Shown piece after piece: positions 11,041 through 24,181 of a DNA stretch of 64,000 nt. Positions within the stretch are counted from its first letter, which is position 1, and each line of letters starts with the position of its first letter. The stretch comes from Chiloscyllium plagiosum (taxonomy: Eukaryota). The position numbers were made by a program, and so were the translations under genes. The notes under the pieces are model-generated. The model did no database searches. It was not told the DNA's origin and worked only from the letters and a program-made list of their open reading frames with translations. The DNA is taken from NCBI RefSeq assembly GCF_004010195.1, contig NC_057750.1:5900442-5964441 (forward strand), given 5' to 3'.

Positions 11041-12094
11041 GTACATTTTGCTAATGGTACACACTGATGCTACTGAGCATCACTGGTGGAGAGAGTGAAT
11101 GTTTATTGATGTAATGTCAATCAAACAGGCTGCTCTCTCCTAGATGGTGTCAAACTTCTTGACCATTGTTGAATCTGCACCTATCCAAGCAAAAGGGGAC
11201 TTTTTCATCACACTCCTGACTGCGCCTTGTCGATGATGAATGGGCTTTGGGGAGTCAGGAGGTGAGTTACTAGCTGCAGTGTTCCTACCCTCTCTTGCAA
11301 TCTCAGTATTTATGTGGCCAGTCCAGTTCCTGATCAATTAAGATGTTGATAGTGGAAGAATTCAGTGATGGTAATGCCATTGGATGTCAAGGTGTCATGG
11401 TTAAATTGTCTCTTCTGGACATGGTCATTACCTGGCTTCAGCTGTTTCTTGATACCATATGAAGTGAATCGAATTGGTTGAAGATTGGCATCTGTGATGC
11501 TGGGAACCTCGGGAGGTGGCTAAGATGACTTATTGATTTTGCAATTCTGACCCAAAACTATTCCAAGTGCTGGAGCCTTAAATTTTCTACTGGATTTATC
11601 CAAATTGAATCCCTTAGCCGTAACAGTTACAACTTTTTAAGAAGCAAAATCATTTTTAGATGTTTCTGTAGATCAGATTTTCCTTTAAATTCTGTCTCTG
11701 GGTTGTCAAGGCTGCCGAATCTCAGGGGAATTGTTTCCAGCATTGTCAGAGCCTTACAGTATGGGGGAGACCTCTACTGTTTCAGGTCTCAGGAGAAATC
11801 CCATGAAGTAAAGCTACTCCTTCACATCCTGTGAGAGATCTGTTGCCTTGTCATCGTGGACCTTCAGATCCGCTCCTGGGTGTTGTACAACCTATGAAGG
11901 TATCCATCACGGCGTCATCACTTTTTATAAGGTTACCAGAGTACAGTAACTACTTAACCAGTCTCCGTAAACCCAATGTCTAGATTTATTTGCCACTGAC
12001 AGACCTGGGACCGGGGGTTGAGCAAAAGCATTTGAGCATTTGTCCTCCAGTGCCAGTATTAACCATTAGATACAGAACACTTTTTTTTGTACTG

Positions 12095-12490
12095 AAAATA
12101 AAGCTCTGTCCACACTGTCCCCATCAAACAGTCCCAGGACAGGCACAGCACAGGGTTAGATACAGAGCACAGCGTCCTCTATACTTTCCCCATCAAATAT
12201 TCCCAGGACGGGGACAGCACGGAGTCAGGTACAGAGTACAGCTCTCTCTAATTGTCCCCTCAAACATTTCCAGAGCAGGTACCACATGGGGTTAGATAGA
12301 GAGTAAAACTTCCTCTTCTCAATTGGACGTAATGCAATCTCTACATTGTCTCCATCAAACAAAGCTCTTTCTACACTGTCACCAACACACACTCTCAAGG
12401 CAGATGTAGCACAGCATTAGACAGAAAGCTCCCTCTATACTGTCCTCATCAAACACCCTAAAGGAGGAACAGCACAGGGTTAGATGCAAA
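12095..12490 (+). repeat. Satellite-like tandem array, ~65-70-bp unit
   Basis: Recurrent CACTGTCCCCATCAAACA.TCCCAGGACAGG.ACAGCAC.GGGTTAGATACAGAGTAAAGCTC units. Confidence 0.85.
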
Positions 12491-12986
12491 TTAATACTCT
12501 TTCATACCCATTCAGCTCTTGTGCTCACTGTATTTCATTGGCTATTAGTTAAGCAATGCTCCATTTTAAAATTCCCAATTCTGTTTTCCATCCGTCTGTT
12601 GTCCTACCCACCCCGCCCCCATAATCTCACAGCCCTACTCCTTTTAAGAACTCTGCATCCCTACGAATCTCTCCATTTGAGCATCACCGATTTTAATCTC
12701 TCCATCTATAACCTGTAGTGGCTGTGTTTTGATTTGCCTGGGCTCCAAGCTCTGGGATTCCCTCCCTCAAACTTCTGACTCTGTCTTTCCTTTACTACTT
12801 AAAACCTCCATCATTGATCAAGCTTTTATTCACTTCATATCACCACATGAGAATTAATGTTGAATTTTGCTTTATAACACTATTGTGAAGTGCTTGGAGA
12901 CTTTATTGGGCTCAATGTGCGATACAGGGATGAGCTGTTATGTTTCTAGCATAATGTAAAGGTTGAGAGGTTGATGATCAATCTTC

Positions 12987-15782
12987 TGTTATTATAGTAT
13001 AGATTACAAAGTAGTCAGACCTGTACATTTAAGACAGATGATATCATGATATGTGACATTTAAGCATAAAGAAATCTCCCTTGCCTTCAGTCACTTTCTG
13101 TGTAATCCAATCAGTGTAGGTTATATTTATTTAATATCCAGTAATATCAGGAAGCACAGAACTCAGTCCATGGTGTAGGTCTGTGATATTGGAGCCATGT
13201 GAGCAGTTAGTATTGTAAATAAACTTCATGACATCTGTCTCAACAAGAACCCAACTCTCTGAGAGACTAAGGTACAGAAAACTACAAATCACATCATGGT
13301 GGCAGTAAATAGGTTCCTAAAAGCAAATCATGACAGCTAGTCAGTGGCAGTAAATAGATTGTAAAAACTTGGAAGATGATAGCAGAATGACAGTCATGAG
13401 ATGTCTTTTTCCTAATAGCCACCAATCAATCTGTCCAGCTACAATCAAATTAATGTATAAAGTCCAAAACAAAAGGCTGTACACCTGTACCAAAGCATGA
13501 GTACTCTATCTCACTCTCTTTCAAAACAAAAAAACTGCATTTTATAAGAAACCCAGAACAACACTTCTTTAAAAAAAAGCTTTTAAATGGTGCTGAAAGG
13601 ACAGCTCCAAGTTATTAAATGGATTCAGGGTATTTAAAAAAAATACAAAATGAAATGTTTTATATACATAGTCATTGGGTGTTATGCCATCTTGCCTCTC
13701 AGAAAAGACACAAAGATAAAGAAAAAAACCATACATGGCATCATAACTCAGTCTCTTTAAATGCAAGCATCACCTTCAGGCATAAGCCTGCAATAATTAA
13801 AGGAGCAGCAATGTACAAAATAACAACAACAGAGAATAATAGAGTAAAGAAAGAAGTCAACAAGAAAATGGGAAAAGCACAACAGTACAATATAGATTTT
13901 GTTTGCAATTTTTAGAGCTACACAAAATAAAGTTGGAAAACATCTCATAATGGATTGACAATCCATTGACGTGCTGTCAAAAGTTTAATTGTTTAAAGAA
14001 AGAAATATTCTTTATGGATCAGCAAATGAGTGACAGAGGATGCTCGGCTGTGAATCTCCTTAATGTGGGCATTGAACAGTTAAGAATAGTACAGTTCTCT
14101 GGTATTTTTGAGGACAAGTACAGAAATCTTGGCAATATTTTTTAGATTTTAAAAGATCAATTTAAATTTTGTGTCAATTTCAGGATACACAAGATTGAAT
14201 TCATGTCATGGCACCAAACAGCCAGAAGAAATGACCAATTTGTAGGCAAAAGTACAGAATGTGATTTCATCAAAGCTAACTTCGTTGAAAGGTTTATGAA
14301 CTGGTCATTGCCTCTACGCCCATCAGATTCTTTAGAAAATCACTTCTGGACATATTCAAAGAAAAGACCATTGATGTTTTTTGAGAAGAAGGATGCAAGT
14401 TTGAAGAAATTGTGGCAGATCAGAAGCATCTCCAAGTTTTGATTCTGGAGGAGTCATTGCAGCTGTCAGCTGGCTCTGTGGAACTTCCAATCTTGCATGA
14501 GATGTGGCTTATCTCAATAACCAAGTGTCCAGCAATTTGTGATATATGCAAGCATTGTTTTAAAAGAGGACATTGGGGTAAATTGTATAAGCAGCCCAAT
14601 TGCCCAGGAACACCCAAATGCCAAGCAACACAATGCTGCACAGTATTTTGAGAAAGAATCACTCAAGGAATAATGCCAAGGACATTTCCAATGTTCCATC
14701 CATGACACACAAACTTATCAACAAATCGTAACTGCAACATTACAGCTTACAGACCTCAGGCAGGCAGTATGTGTGGTCAATTTGGCAGACCACTGGATCC
14801 TGTCAGCAAAGCTGTAATGTTTACCTGCATTCCATTGACAGACTGTAAAAGAAATATATGCTAAATGTCAAAATTTGCATTTGTGCATGTACAAATATAA
14901 TTGCTTAATGCATCTTATAGAGGATGTGCTCAAGAATTGGGCGCAATGTGGTGAAGTCTGCGTAAGATACACTGACCACTTATAATGGATCTGACATTCC
15001 TTGATTCACATTATCTACCCTAGATACAAATATGCATCCTCAGTCTTTTACATTATTGAAATAGATGGTCTACCAGTATTCTTAGATCTATGTATTATTC
15101 AAATCTACAAGATAGCACACCACAGAGTGAAGCAGCAAGTCATGAAAACATGTAAAAATTAGATCTGGTATTGCTGATCCTGTAAGGCATTATCTGAAAG
15201 TATAAAGACAATATCTCAATGTGCATCTTGTAAATGTTTATTGTGAAAAGGAATACCAATTTTAAAAAGGAAAAGTAGAAGAAAATAATGTATTATGGCA
15301 TAGATTCCACATCAGATAGGTCTGTACCTTTAAGACAGTTTAATGATATCACAATATAAAGATATTCGCCTGACCTTCAATCAGGTTCTCTGCATAACAG
15401 AGTCAGGTATTGTGTTCAGTCAGACAGCTATGAACATGTGTTGTAAAGTAACATCAGTAAGCATATAAATCAGATCATTGTAACCATGTAAATAGTCAAT
15501 GTTGCAAATCAATTTCAAGATATCTGTCCCAAAAATGATTTGAGTCTCTGGTATATGGTTTAAGATGATAAGAAAAAGGAACAGGTAAAGGCCGTTTGGC
15601 CCCTTGAGCCCTCTCTGCCATTCAAAAGGTCATGGCTGATCCAACATTCTTAATGTCCACTTTCCTAAATTTTCCCTGTTGATTCCCCTATTGATCAAGA
15701 ACCTATCTATCTCAGCCTTACATAAACACAAGGACTTTGCCCCACATACCGACTAACATATGCAAAAGCACAAACCACATCA
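12987..15782 (+). mobile_element. Ancient internally deleted Gypsy LTR retrotransposon (second family)
   Basis: 5' LTR runs from TGTTATTATAG (12987) to CACATCA (13296), followed by PBS TGGTGGCAG. A purine tract precedes the 3' LTR, TGTATTATGG (15289) to CACATCA (15782), which is interrupted by a CR1 tail at ~15565-15740. Internal gag and protease remnants are present. Confidence 0.7.
13900..15030 (+). pseudogene. Degenerate Gypsy gag (double zinc knuckle) and protease-region remnant
   Basis: Frameshifted pieces NFRIHKIEFM, TECDF, LVIASTPIRFFRKSLL, EEGCKFEEIVADQKHLQ, SCMRCGLSQ, KCPAICDICKHCFKRGHWGK, LTTYNGSDIP, FYIIEIDGLPV. Confidence 0.65.
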
Positions 15783-17429
15783 AGTCTGGTCTAACATGGT
15801 GCAATATCCTTCTATGACTTTTGTATGGTGTGCTTGAGAATGAAAAATTCTGTGCTGCTAGTGCCATTTTGTGTTATCTCTGCCTGTTGTAAACTTAGAT
15901 AAACATCATGACCTGAACCATGCATAATATATTGGTTTACACAAAAATACATGGATTCATTTTTTACATTTTGGAGAAGCTGGTGGCAGTATTACCCAAC
16001 TGGAGAACTCATACACTTGTCTGAATTGGTAGCTTTTTCAGAACAAAATTGGTTTGAATTGTAGTGGTAGGGCTTAATGAATATGCATAAGTGCCTCTGA
16101 GCTATGCTGTATCTGTGACCTCAATAATGTTGTGGAAAAGACTCTGCCAGAAGGTTTGAATTAATGCAGATCTTTGGAAGATGACTGTGGCTATATCATC
16201 ATATATACATTGTTAATAAAGACAGTCTAAAGAAACCTTGAGGTCAGAGTTGAGCTTATCTGGAGATTAGACAACCCCATACTAAAACATGAATCACAGT
16301 ATATTTAATTATTCCGCTTCTAGTGATACGTACAGAAAAGTGTTACCTCAACCATTTAAAGTTGTACCCCAACAATGACTGTAATCTTTACCCCTGCATG
16401 TAAGATGCTGGACCTGAGGTGGTTTTATAGACTCCTAACATCATAAGGTGTGGTCCAAATGCACAAGCCTGATGCGAGCACCCCACTAGATAGCAATATG
16501 TATTTATATTTCCAAGCCCCTCATTCAACTTGAAGCAAGGATTTAAGCCCCTGAAACTTTTGACACAGGAATGCTATCACTGGTTTAAAAACCTACTCCC
16601 CATTCCTTGCTATCAAGAGGTGGAAACGACAATCCACATAGGCTTAACCTGAACTGTTAAGGAAGTGGAGCTATGATATGCTCCAAGTGAGTATTGGCTA
16701 ACCTATGACCCATTGATAGCCAGAGCTGATAGCCTCACCTGTGTGGGAAAATGTTGTAATGATTGGATTTGTGAATGTAGTTGAACGACAGCAGAGCAAC
16801 ATGCAAGAATCAACTCTCATGTAAGATTTTTCCCTTGTTTGCGACTGGGTTTCCATCTGGTTTCCATCTTGGGTCTTGTTCAGAGGCTGCCCCAAGGAGG
16901 CTTCTGAAAAACCATTGCATTTTCCCTCCCGCTGAAGTATGTTTTAAATCATGTACAAATAGCAAGATTTCAAAACATAAATCAGCATCAATTGTTTAAA
17001 CAGCACTCATATGGGGGAGGGACGCAGAATCATCAAGAAAGATAGAAAAACAAATCTCAGTATTTAGTCCAACGGGTCACTGTGATTTTGTCTCCAGCCT
17101 ACAGTTTATGAATAGAGTATCCCCACTCATTAATGTCCTCAAGGAGTTCAAGTCACAAATTGTCTCCTTTTCCAGAAACCCAGGTTTGCAGATTTCTTTA
17201 TTTTCCTCTATCTCTCAGTAATGTGATAGTAAAATTCTCAGGCTTGTCTTCAAATCCCTCCCTAGTCTCCCTATGTCTGTAACTTCTTCCAGTCCTAACA
17301 ATCTATTCCCCACACTCCCTGAGATATTTCCATTCCTCTAAATCTGACCTCTGCAGCCTCCTTGATTTTCACGAGAGAGTGGGGTGTAGTGTAGGTGAAA
17401 TGATGTTTTACTCCTTCATCTGTCAGATC

Positions 17430-17722
17430 ATAGAATCTCTAATGTGAGGCAGGCCATTCAGTCCATCAAGTCCACACAGACCCTCTGAAGAGCATCCCAC
17501 CCACATCCACCCCATCCCTGTAACCTTGCATTTCCCATGGCTAACCCACCCAGCCTGCACATCCCTGGACACTATGGGAAATTTAGCATGGCCAATCCAC
17601 CTAACCTGCATGACTTTGGAGTGCGGGAGGAAGCCCATGCAAACTCACACAGTTTCTCAAGGCTGGAACTAAACCCATATCCCTGGCGCTTTGAGGCATC
17701 AGTGCTAACCACTGAGCCACGT
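17430..17722 (-). mobile_element. HE1-like V-SINE
   Basis: GCAGTGCTAACCACTGAGCCAC-type head and CR1-like tail. Confidence 0.8.
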
Positions 17723-18189
17723 TGTCATCCCAATCTAGATGCCTCATCTAGAGTAAAGTGAAGGTCAGCAAAAGGAGGGTTGATGAGGCATACTTGGATG
17801 ATACATGTCAGAGAGTGGGTTGCAGACGTGTTACAGTGTATGTGTGAGGATGGTACAAGCATGATATATTGTGACAACGGATGTCCTGGTAGGGGAAAAT
17901 ACATAGAGAACAGTCAGATAACCTCAGTGAACGCCTTGATAAACCAGCAAGTGAATTGCCCTCTCTGACCAAATTGAACTCTCACTCACTGTGCTGGGAG
18001 TAATTTGCACACATTTGTATCTGGATTCCAGAGGAACTTACCATTCTTTAGAGAGTTTATGATTTTGAGCTTCGTGTGCACTGTTGGAGCGAGATTTTTA
18101 ATCTTTCGTCCAAAAATTACCCTGACTCACTCGTAAGAGAATACTCGCCTTTTGTTAGAATGGGACCCTGGCCCATCGACATATATCAC

Positions 18190-18550
18190 ATATTAAGAGG
18201 ATGGAGTGAAAAAGGATGATAAGAATGAAGATGCAGAAGAATGAAAGGATTAGAAAGAGGGAAAGAGCGAGTCAACGGGATGGAGAGAGGGGTGAGAGAG
18301 AGCATGCAAAAGGCACAGAGTGAGAGACACAAAAAGAAATAGAGCAAGGAGAAGGAAGGGAGAGAGATTGGCAGAGAAGTTTGGGGGAAAGAGAATGAGG
18401 AAATTAAAAGAAAGGGAGGAAAAAATGAAAGATGTAAAAGGAAACAAAAAGGAGGCAGAGAAATAGAGGGGAAAGACAAAGAGAAAGAAAAAGGAGAGAA
18501 CCAATAAAAGAAACATTTAAACAGGAATCCAGGAATAAGCACATGGAGAA
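18190..18550. repeat. GA-rich low-complexity tract
   Basis: Almost purely purine plus strand. Confidence 0.85.
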
Positions 18551-20124
18551 GCACTGAGATTGCCTTTTCAGTGTTTTTTCAGGGAAGGGAGATATGAAAT
18601 GTCATATACACAGAATCAGCTCCAATCAGGTTCGTCTTTAATAATCTAAAACTCAGACTCCAGCAGGAATGGCTCATAATATGACAGGGAAAAAGATTTG
18701 GAGTCTGTCTTCACATTGGTTAGTAACTCTCGTATATTGTCAATTGCCATTGCTGGTTGTAGTACTAATGTCCGTTCTTCATCTGTACTACAAAAACTGA
18801 TTGGTCAAATGGAAAACATCTTGTGTTTGGAAACGTTATGAATGTTGTCAAGGCACAGGAAGCAGTGAGATCAAGAAGCTGGACTACACGTTCCTGTGTT
18901 GTCATTGCTGACCATGGGGAGTTGCAATGAAAGCATTCCAGCAATAGCCACTGTATGTACCCAATTGATGACCAGGATCTCTTTCCTTCTCCTTGTCAGA
19001 AAAGTGAAATTCAAAGATCACTTGTTTGCCATGATTAGCTATTCAAATTATGGTATTGTTGGGCAAAGTCTATGGCACGCTTGCCTTCATTGGAAGGGGT
19101 GTTGAATATAAGGATAGGCAAGTTATGCTGTAGCTTTATATCTACAGTCACGGAATGCTACTCGATGAAACTTGCTTGATCTATATTAGCTTATGGGGAT
19201 GGCAGCATGGTACCTCTCCAAAGTTCTCTTTCTGAGCATCAGGGTTTTTTTTTCTCTGAATGTAATATTGTATCTGGAATCTGAACTCTCCACTTATCTT
19301 AAAGAGTGCTTGCTTTGGTCCAGAAGTCAGCAGCCTGAACGATTAATCCAGGGAATGTGTCTCAGTCAAAATGATTATGGAGCTTCATAAAAATTAACCC
19401 ATGGCATGTGGGTGTCTCTGACAAGACCAGCATTAGTATCCATCCCTAACTGGCCTTTGAATTGAGTGGCTTGCCAAGCCACGTCAGAGGGTCAATCATA
19501 TTGCTGTGGGTCTGGAGTCATATGTAGTATATACCAGGTAAGAATGGCAGACCATCCCTAAAAGGCGTGAGTGAACCAGCCAGGCTTTTACAATTGACAG
19601 TGGTTATGTGGTTGCCATAGGCTTGCTTTTAATTCCAGATTTTTAAAATTGAATTCAAATGTTACCATCTTTCATGGCGGGAGTTGAAGCCATGTTCCCA
19701 GCACATTAGCCTGGAGCCTCTGGATTACCTAGTCCAGTGATTAAATCACCACCACCTGCTTTGTTGTGAAAGCCACCTGGTTCACTGATGTCCTTGAGGG
19801 GAGGGATAAATCTGCCATCCTTACCTAGTCTGTGACTACATGTAACTCCAGACCCACGCTAGGATTGCCAACTGGGATTACATATATCTCTGAAGGTTTA
19901 AGCAATGTCTTTACTCCCCACATTACTCAGCCATTGGCCTGCCAACAGTTACATCCTTGTGACCTATGGCCTTCCTACTCAAATTGGAAAGAAAAAGACT
20001 CGCTACCCAATTGGATGATGGATAACTATCAGCCGAACAGCTTTTAAATTCCCCCCCATTTTGACTTTTTATATCTGGTAAAGAGAGAAGCTTGAAGCAC
20101 ACTACAAAACAAAAAGCATCTTTT

Positions 20125-21122
20125 TGGCTCAGTGGTTAGCACTGCTGCCTCACAGCACCAGGATCCCAGGTTCGATTCCAGCCTCGGGTGATTGTGTGGA
20201 GTTTGCACATTCTCCCTGTGTCTGCGTGGGTTTCCTCCAGGTGCTCCGGTTTTCTCCCACAGTCCAAAGATGTGCAGGCCAGGTGAATTGGCCATGCTAA
20301 ATTGCCCATAGTGTTAGGTGCATTAGTCAGAAGGAAATGGGTCTGGTTGGGTTACTCTTTAAAGGGCGGCACAGTGGCTCAGTGGTTAGCACTGCTGCCT
20401 CACAGCACCAGGGACCTGGGTTCGATTCCAGTCTCGGGTGACTGTCTGTGTGCACTTTGCGTATTCTCCCCTTGTCTGCATGGGTGTCCTCCCACAATCC
20501 AAAGATGTGCAGGTCAGGTGAATTGGCCATGCTAAATTGCCCATCGTGTTAAGTGTGTTAGTCAGGGGTGAATATAGGGTGGGGGAATGGGTCTGGGTGG
20601 GTTACTCTTCGGAGGGTCGGTGTGGACTTGCTGGGCCGAAGGGCCTGTTTCCATACTGTAGATAATCTAATCTAAATTTTTTCTAATTTTTTAGCACTGT
20701 TGGACATAGCAATATCCTAGAGACCCCAAGCCAGTCCAGCATGGGACGGCAACTCTATCCCACATCGACCTGGTCAATTCACAATTGCCTCTCAGAAATG
20801 CTGAAGTGAGTCCCACAGAAACAAAGCTGTTGGTGGCATGGTGGTTCAGTGGTTAGCATTGCTGCCTCATAGTGTCAGGGATCTGAATCTCATTCCACCC
20901 TTGGGTGGCTCTCAGTGTGTAATTTGCACACCCTCCCTGTGTCTGCATTGATCTCCTCCAGTTTCACATCCTTCAGATGTGCAGGTTAGGTGGATTGGCC
21001 ATGGGAAATGCAGGGTTACATGGATAGGACAAGGGATGGTTCTGGGTGGGATACTCTTCAGATGGTCGTTGTAGACTTGATGTGGCTGAATGGCCTGTTT
21101 CCGCATTGTGGGGATTCTATGA
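20125..21122 (+). mobile_element. Cluster of three HE1-like V-SINEs (~20125-20360, 20364-20675, 20832-21122)
   Basis: Three GGCTCAGTGGTTAGCACTGCTGCCTCA-type heads, each with a V-domain. Confidence 0.85.
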
Positions 21123-21889
21123 CTCTTACCTACCATGTAGCTCAATCCAGAGTGCCACCACCTTCTCAGAGTCAACTCAGTAGGTGTAGGAAATGTCAGC
21201 CTTACCAGCAACATCTCAGGAATTCTTTTAAAAAAACAATGTTTTAAGTATAGGAGGTGTGTTTGCTGAATTGTTCCCTCATGTGAGCGTGTTTGTTCTG
21301 CAAAGATTGTACATCGATGCCCATGAAGCTATCAGTCTCACTGTTGCCTACATTACAGCAGTGACCGCACTTTGTAAAGTGTCTTGGGGCATTCTGAAAG
21401 CGCAGCACTAGAAGAACAGGAGGAGGCCATTCAGCCCCTCAAACCCCATTTATCAAAATTCATTGCAATCATGGCTGGTCCATCACTCAACCTTTGGTTG
21501 GCTAAAAAGAACAACTGTTCATTTATCCTGTTGACAGGAGAGAGTTCCAAATCTCTATTACCCTTTGCATTGTGAAACTTATCCTTATTTCAAGCCAGAA
21601 GGCCAAGCTCCATGATTTAGTCTCTGCCTCTTCATCCAACATGAGATGAAAAGTGCTATATAAATGTGAATTATTTCAGCTTGCATGTTGTGATATGCAG
21701 TTGTTAGATTGTATGCAGTAGTATGAGGGGATAGACAGTGTCACAATCATTCATCAAAATGACTGGCTCAATTCAGAGTTAAAGATACGGTGACATTTAC
21801 AGCACAGACAGATCATTCAGGCCATTGCACCTATTGCTAGCTGAAATTAACACTAAAATTTTTCTAAACAAAAAAAAATTGAAAAAAAC

Positions 21890-23490
21890 TAGATGCTGGA
21901 AATCTGAAACAAAAAGAGAAATTGCTGGAAAACCTCAACAGGTCTGACACCATCTGTGGAGAGAAATCAGAGTCAATATTTCGGGTCCAGTGATCTTTCT
22001 TCAGAACTGATGGTAGCTAGGAATTCTGGATTATATACAGAAAAGTAAATGAGAGAAAAATTTGTACAAAAGAGTGGATAGAGACCAGCCTGGGAGAATG
22101 AAAAGCTGCTAATGGGGACTATTAGTAACTGACAATGGATAGGTGACAAGATAGACAGACAAGATAGACAGACAGGAGGCTGGCAGATCACAGGAAGCCT
22201 CAGGAGGTGGAGAAGTCGACATTTCAGGTGTAACCCTTCTTCAGGATTGGGGCTGGGTGTAGGGGTAGCTGCAGATAAAGGGGGTGGTAGTGGGAGCAGG
22301 GTGGTGAAATGGGGATAGGTGAAAACAGATTGAGGGTACGACCTGTCGGTCAATGGGAAGAATGAATCTGGTTGGTGGCAGGGAGGAGTGGAAGAGATGG
22401 GAAGGGGCAGGGAAGGGAGTCGGGGGATGGAAGGGAGGCTATTTGAAATTGGAGAACTCAATGTTGAGTCCTTCAGACTGTAGGCTGCCCAGGCAGAGGA
22501 TGAGGTGTTGTTTGCACTGTAGCTTGTTGTGGCAATGGAGGAGGCCAAGGATGGTCATGTTGGAAAAGGAGTGTTTAGGGGAATTGAAATGGGTGGTGAC
22601 TGGAAGGTCCAGTCAGCCCCTGCGGGTCTGGCTGTGAAGCTCGGCAAACTGTTCCTTAAGTTAACATTCTCCCCGATGTAGAGAAGACCACACCGGGAGC
22701 ACCTGATACAGTAAACTAGGTTGGAAGAGAGGCAGCTGAACCTCTGTCTCACCTGGAAGGACTTCACTTCACCACCCTGCCCTTGTCACCCTCTTTATCT
22801 GCAGCTCCCTCTACATCCACCTCCCAGTCCTGAAGAAGGGTTACACCTGAAATGTCGACTTCTCCACCTCCTGTTGCTGCCCTGGCTTGCTGTGTTCTTC
22901 CAGCCTCCTGCCTGTCTATTTTGGATTCCAGTATCTGCAGTTTTTTTTGTCTCTAAACACGTGATGACAAGGCCGGGGGTGTAGGGTTTAGGATAAGGGT
23001 ATGGGAGAAGGTGCCTCAAGCCCTAAAATTGTTGAATTCAATATTGAGTCCAGAAGGCTGTAGAGTTCCCAAGCAGGAAATGAGGTGCTGCTCTTCTGGC
23101 TGACGCTGAGCTTCTCTGGAACACAGCAGCAAACCTGAGACAGAGATGTAGGCCAGAGAACACAGGTGGTGTGTTGGAGTAGCAGGCAACTGGAAGTTCG
23201 GGGTCTTTTTGCGAACAGAACGTAGGTGTTTGGTGAAGCGAACACCCAGCCTGTACTTTATTCACCCAATGTAGAGGAGACCACATTGTGAGCTGCCGTG
23301 TTCTCTCTCTTTGGGGTGTATTTCCACCTATAGTTTACTCCTCCCCCACCCTATCTTCTGCATGAAAAACATCCTTTCCCTAGCTACCATCAGTTCTGAG
23401 GAAGCTCACTGGACCTGAAGTGTTAACTCTGATTTCTCTCCACGGATGCTGCCAGACCTGTTGAGATTTTCCATCAATTTCTGTTTGTAA
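21890..23490 (-). mobile_element. Nested Penelope-like elements with GIY-YIG endonuclease remnants and inverted terminal pseudo-LTRs
   Basis: ORF 22555-22767 has NLVYCIRCSRCGLLYIGE (GIY-YIG), with a second CGLLYIG remnant at ~23260-23290. Inverted terminal copies at 22170-22280 / 22770-22955 and 21890-22020 / 23380-23487. Confidence 0.8.
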
Positions 23491-23794
23491 TTGTCATTCA
23501 TCTTAAAATTAAAACACACTTGCAATTAATTCCCATTCTTCAGAAATATAACTGTTAAAATGTAAAACTATCTACTTCATGCATGAACACATGCTAATCT
23601 GACTGGGGCTTCAAGCAGTTACTTACTTTTTGAAGAACTTCAGAATTTGGGGACAGCGGGTAAATTAAGTGTTAAGGCACGTCCATTTGTTGCTGAGTGC
23701 AATAGAATGAATGCCAGCCTGTTTGGCAATGTTCATCCCTTTCACCAGTGTCCAAAGGCACTTAATTAGATTGGGACAAATGCATGGGTGTTCT

Positions 23795-24181
23795 GCTTCA
23801 AATTTGTGACCTCTCAAAAGTGGCATATGTCAGTAAGCTGTCAACAGCAGAAGTTGAAAGACTGCTTCAAAGCCCGACGTAAAATCTATTTAGTGCACAA
23901 GATTTATTTATTGTTAAATGAGCAGATATTGTTACCAGACTCCCTGGCAAAAGCAAAAATAGAATCACTAATCAGCCATGGATATTATGCTTCAAATCTG
24001 TGACCTTTCCAAACTGGCATGTCAGCAAACCTGAGACAGGGATGTAGGCTAGAGAACACGCAGAAGTGAAAAGACTGTTTCAAAGCCTGTTGTGAAAATC
24101 TGTTTAGTGCACAAGATTTATTTATTGTTAAATGAGCAGATATTGTAATCAGATTCCCTGGCAAAAGCAAAAATAGAATCA
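23795..24181 (+). repeat. Local tandem duplication (~175-190 bp)
   Basis: 23795-23967 and 23989-24181 share GCTTCAAAT.TGTGACCT..TTTAGTGCACAAGATTTATTTATTGTTAAATGAGCAGATATTGT..GCAAAAGCAAAAATAGAATCA. Confidence 0.9.

Noticed and set aside
15790..16500. Possible endogenous viral or coding remnant
   Set aside because: All frames I read are stop-ridden. There is only a faint LLYGVLE..FWRS resemblance to an RTE-type LINE C-terminus, too weak to call.
18186..18554. Hydrophobic F/L/S-rich ORFs resembling membrane proteins
   Set aside because: They are translations of a GA/TC low-complexity tract.
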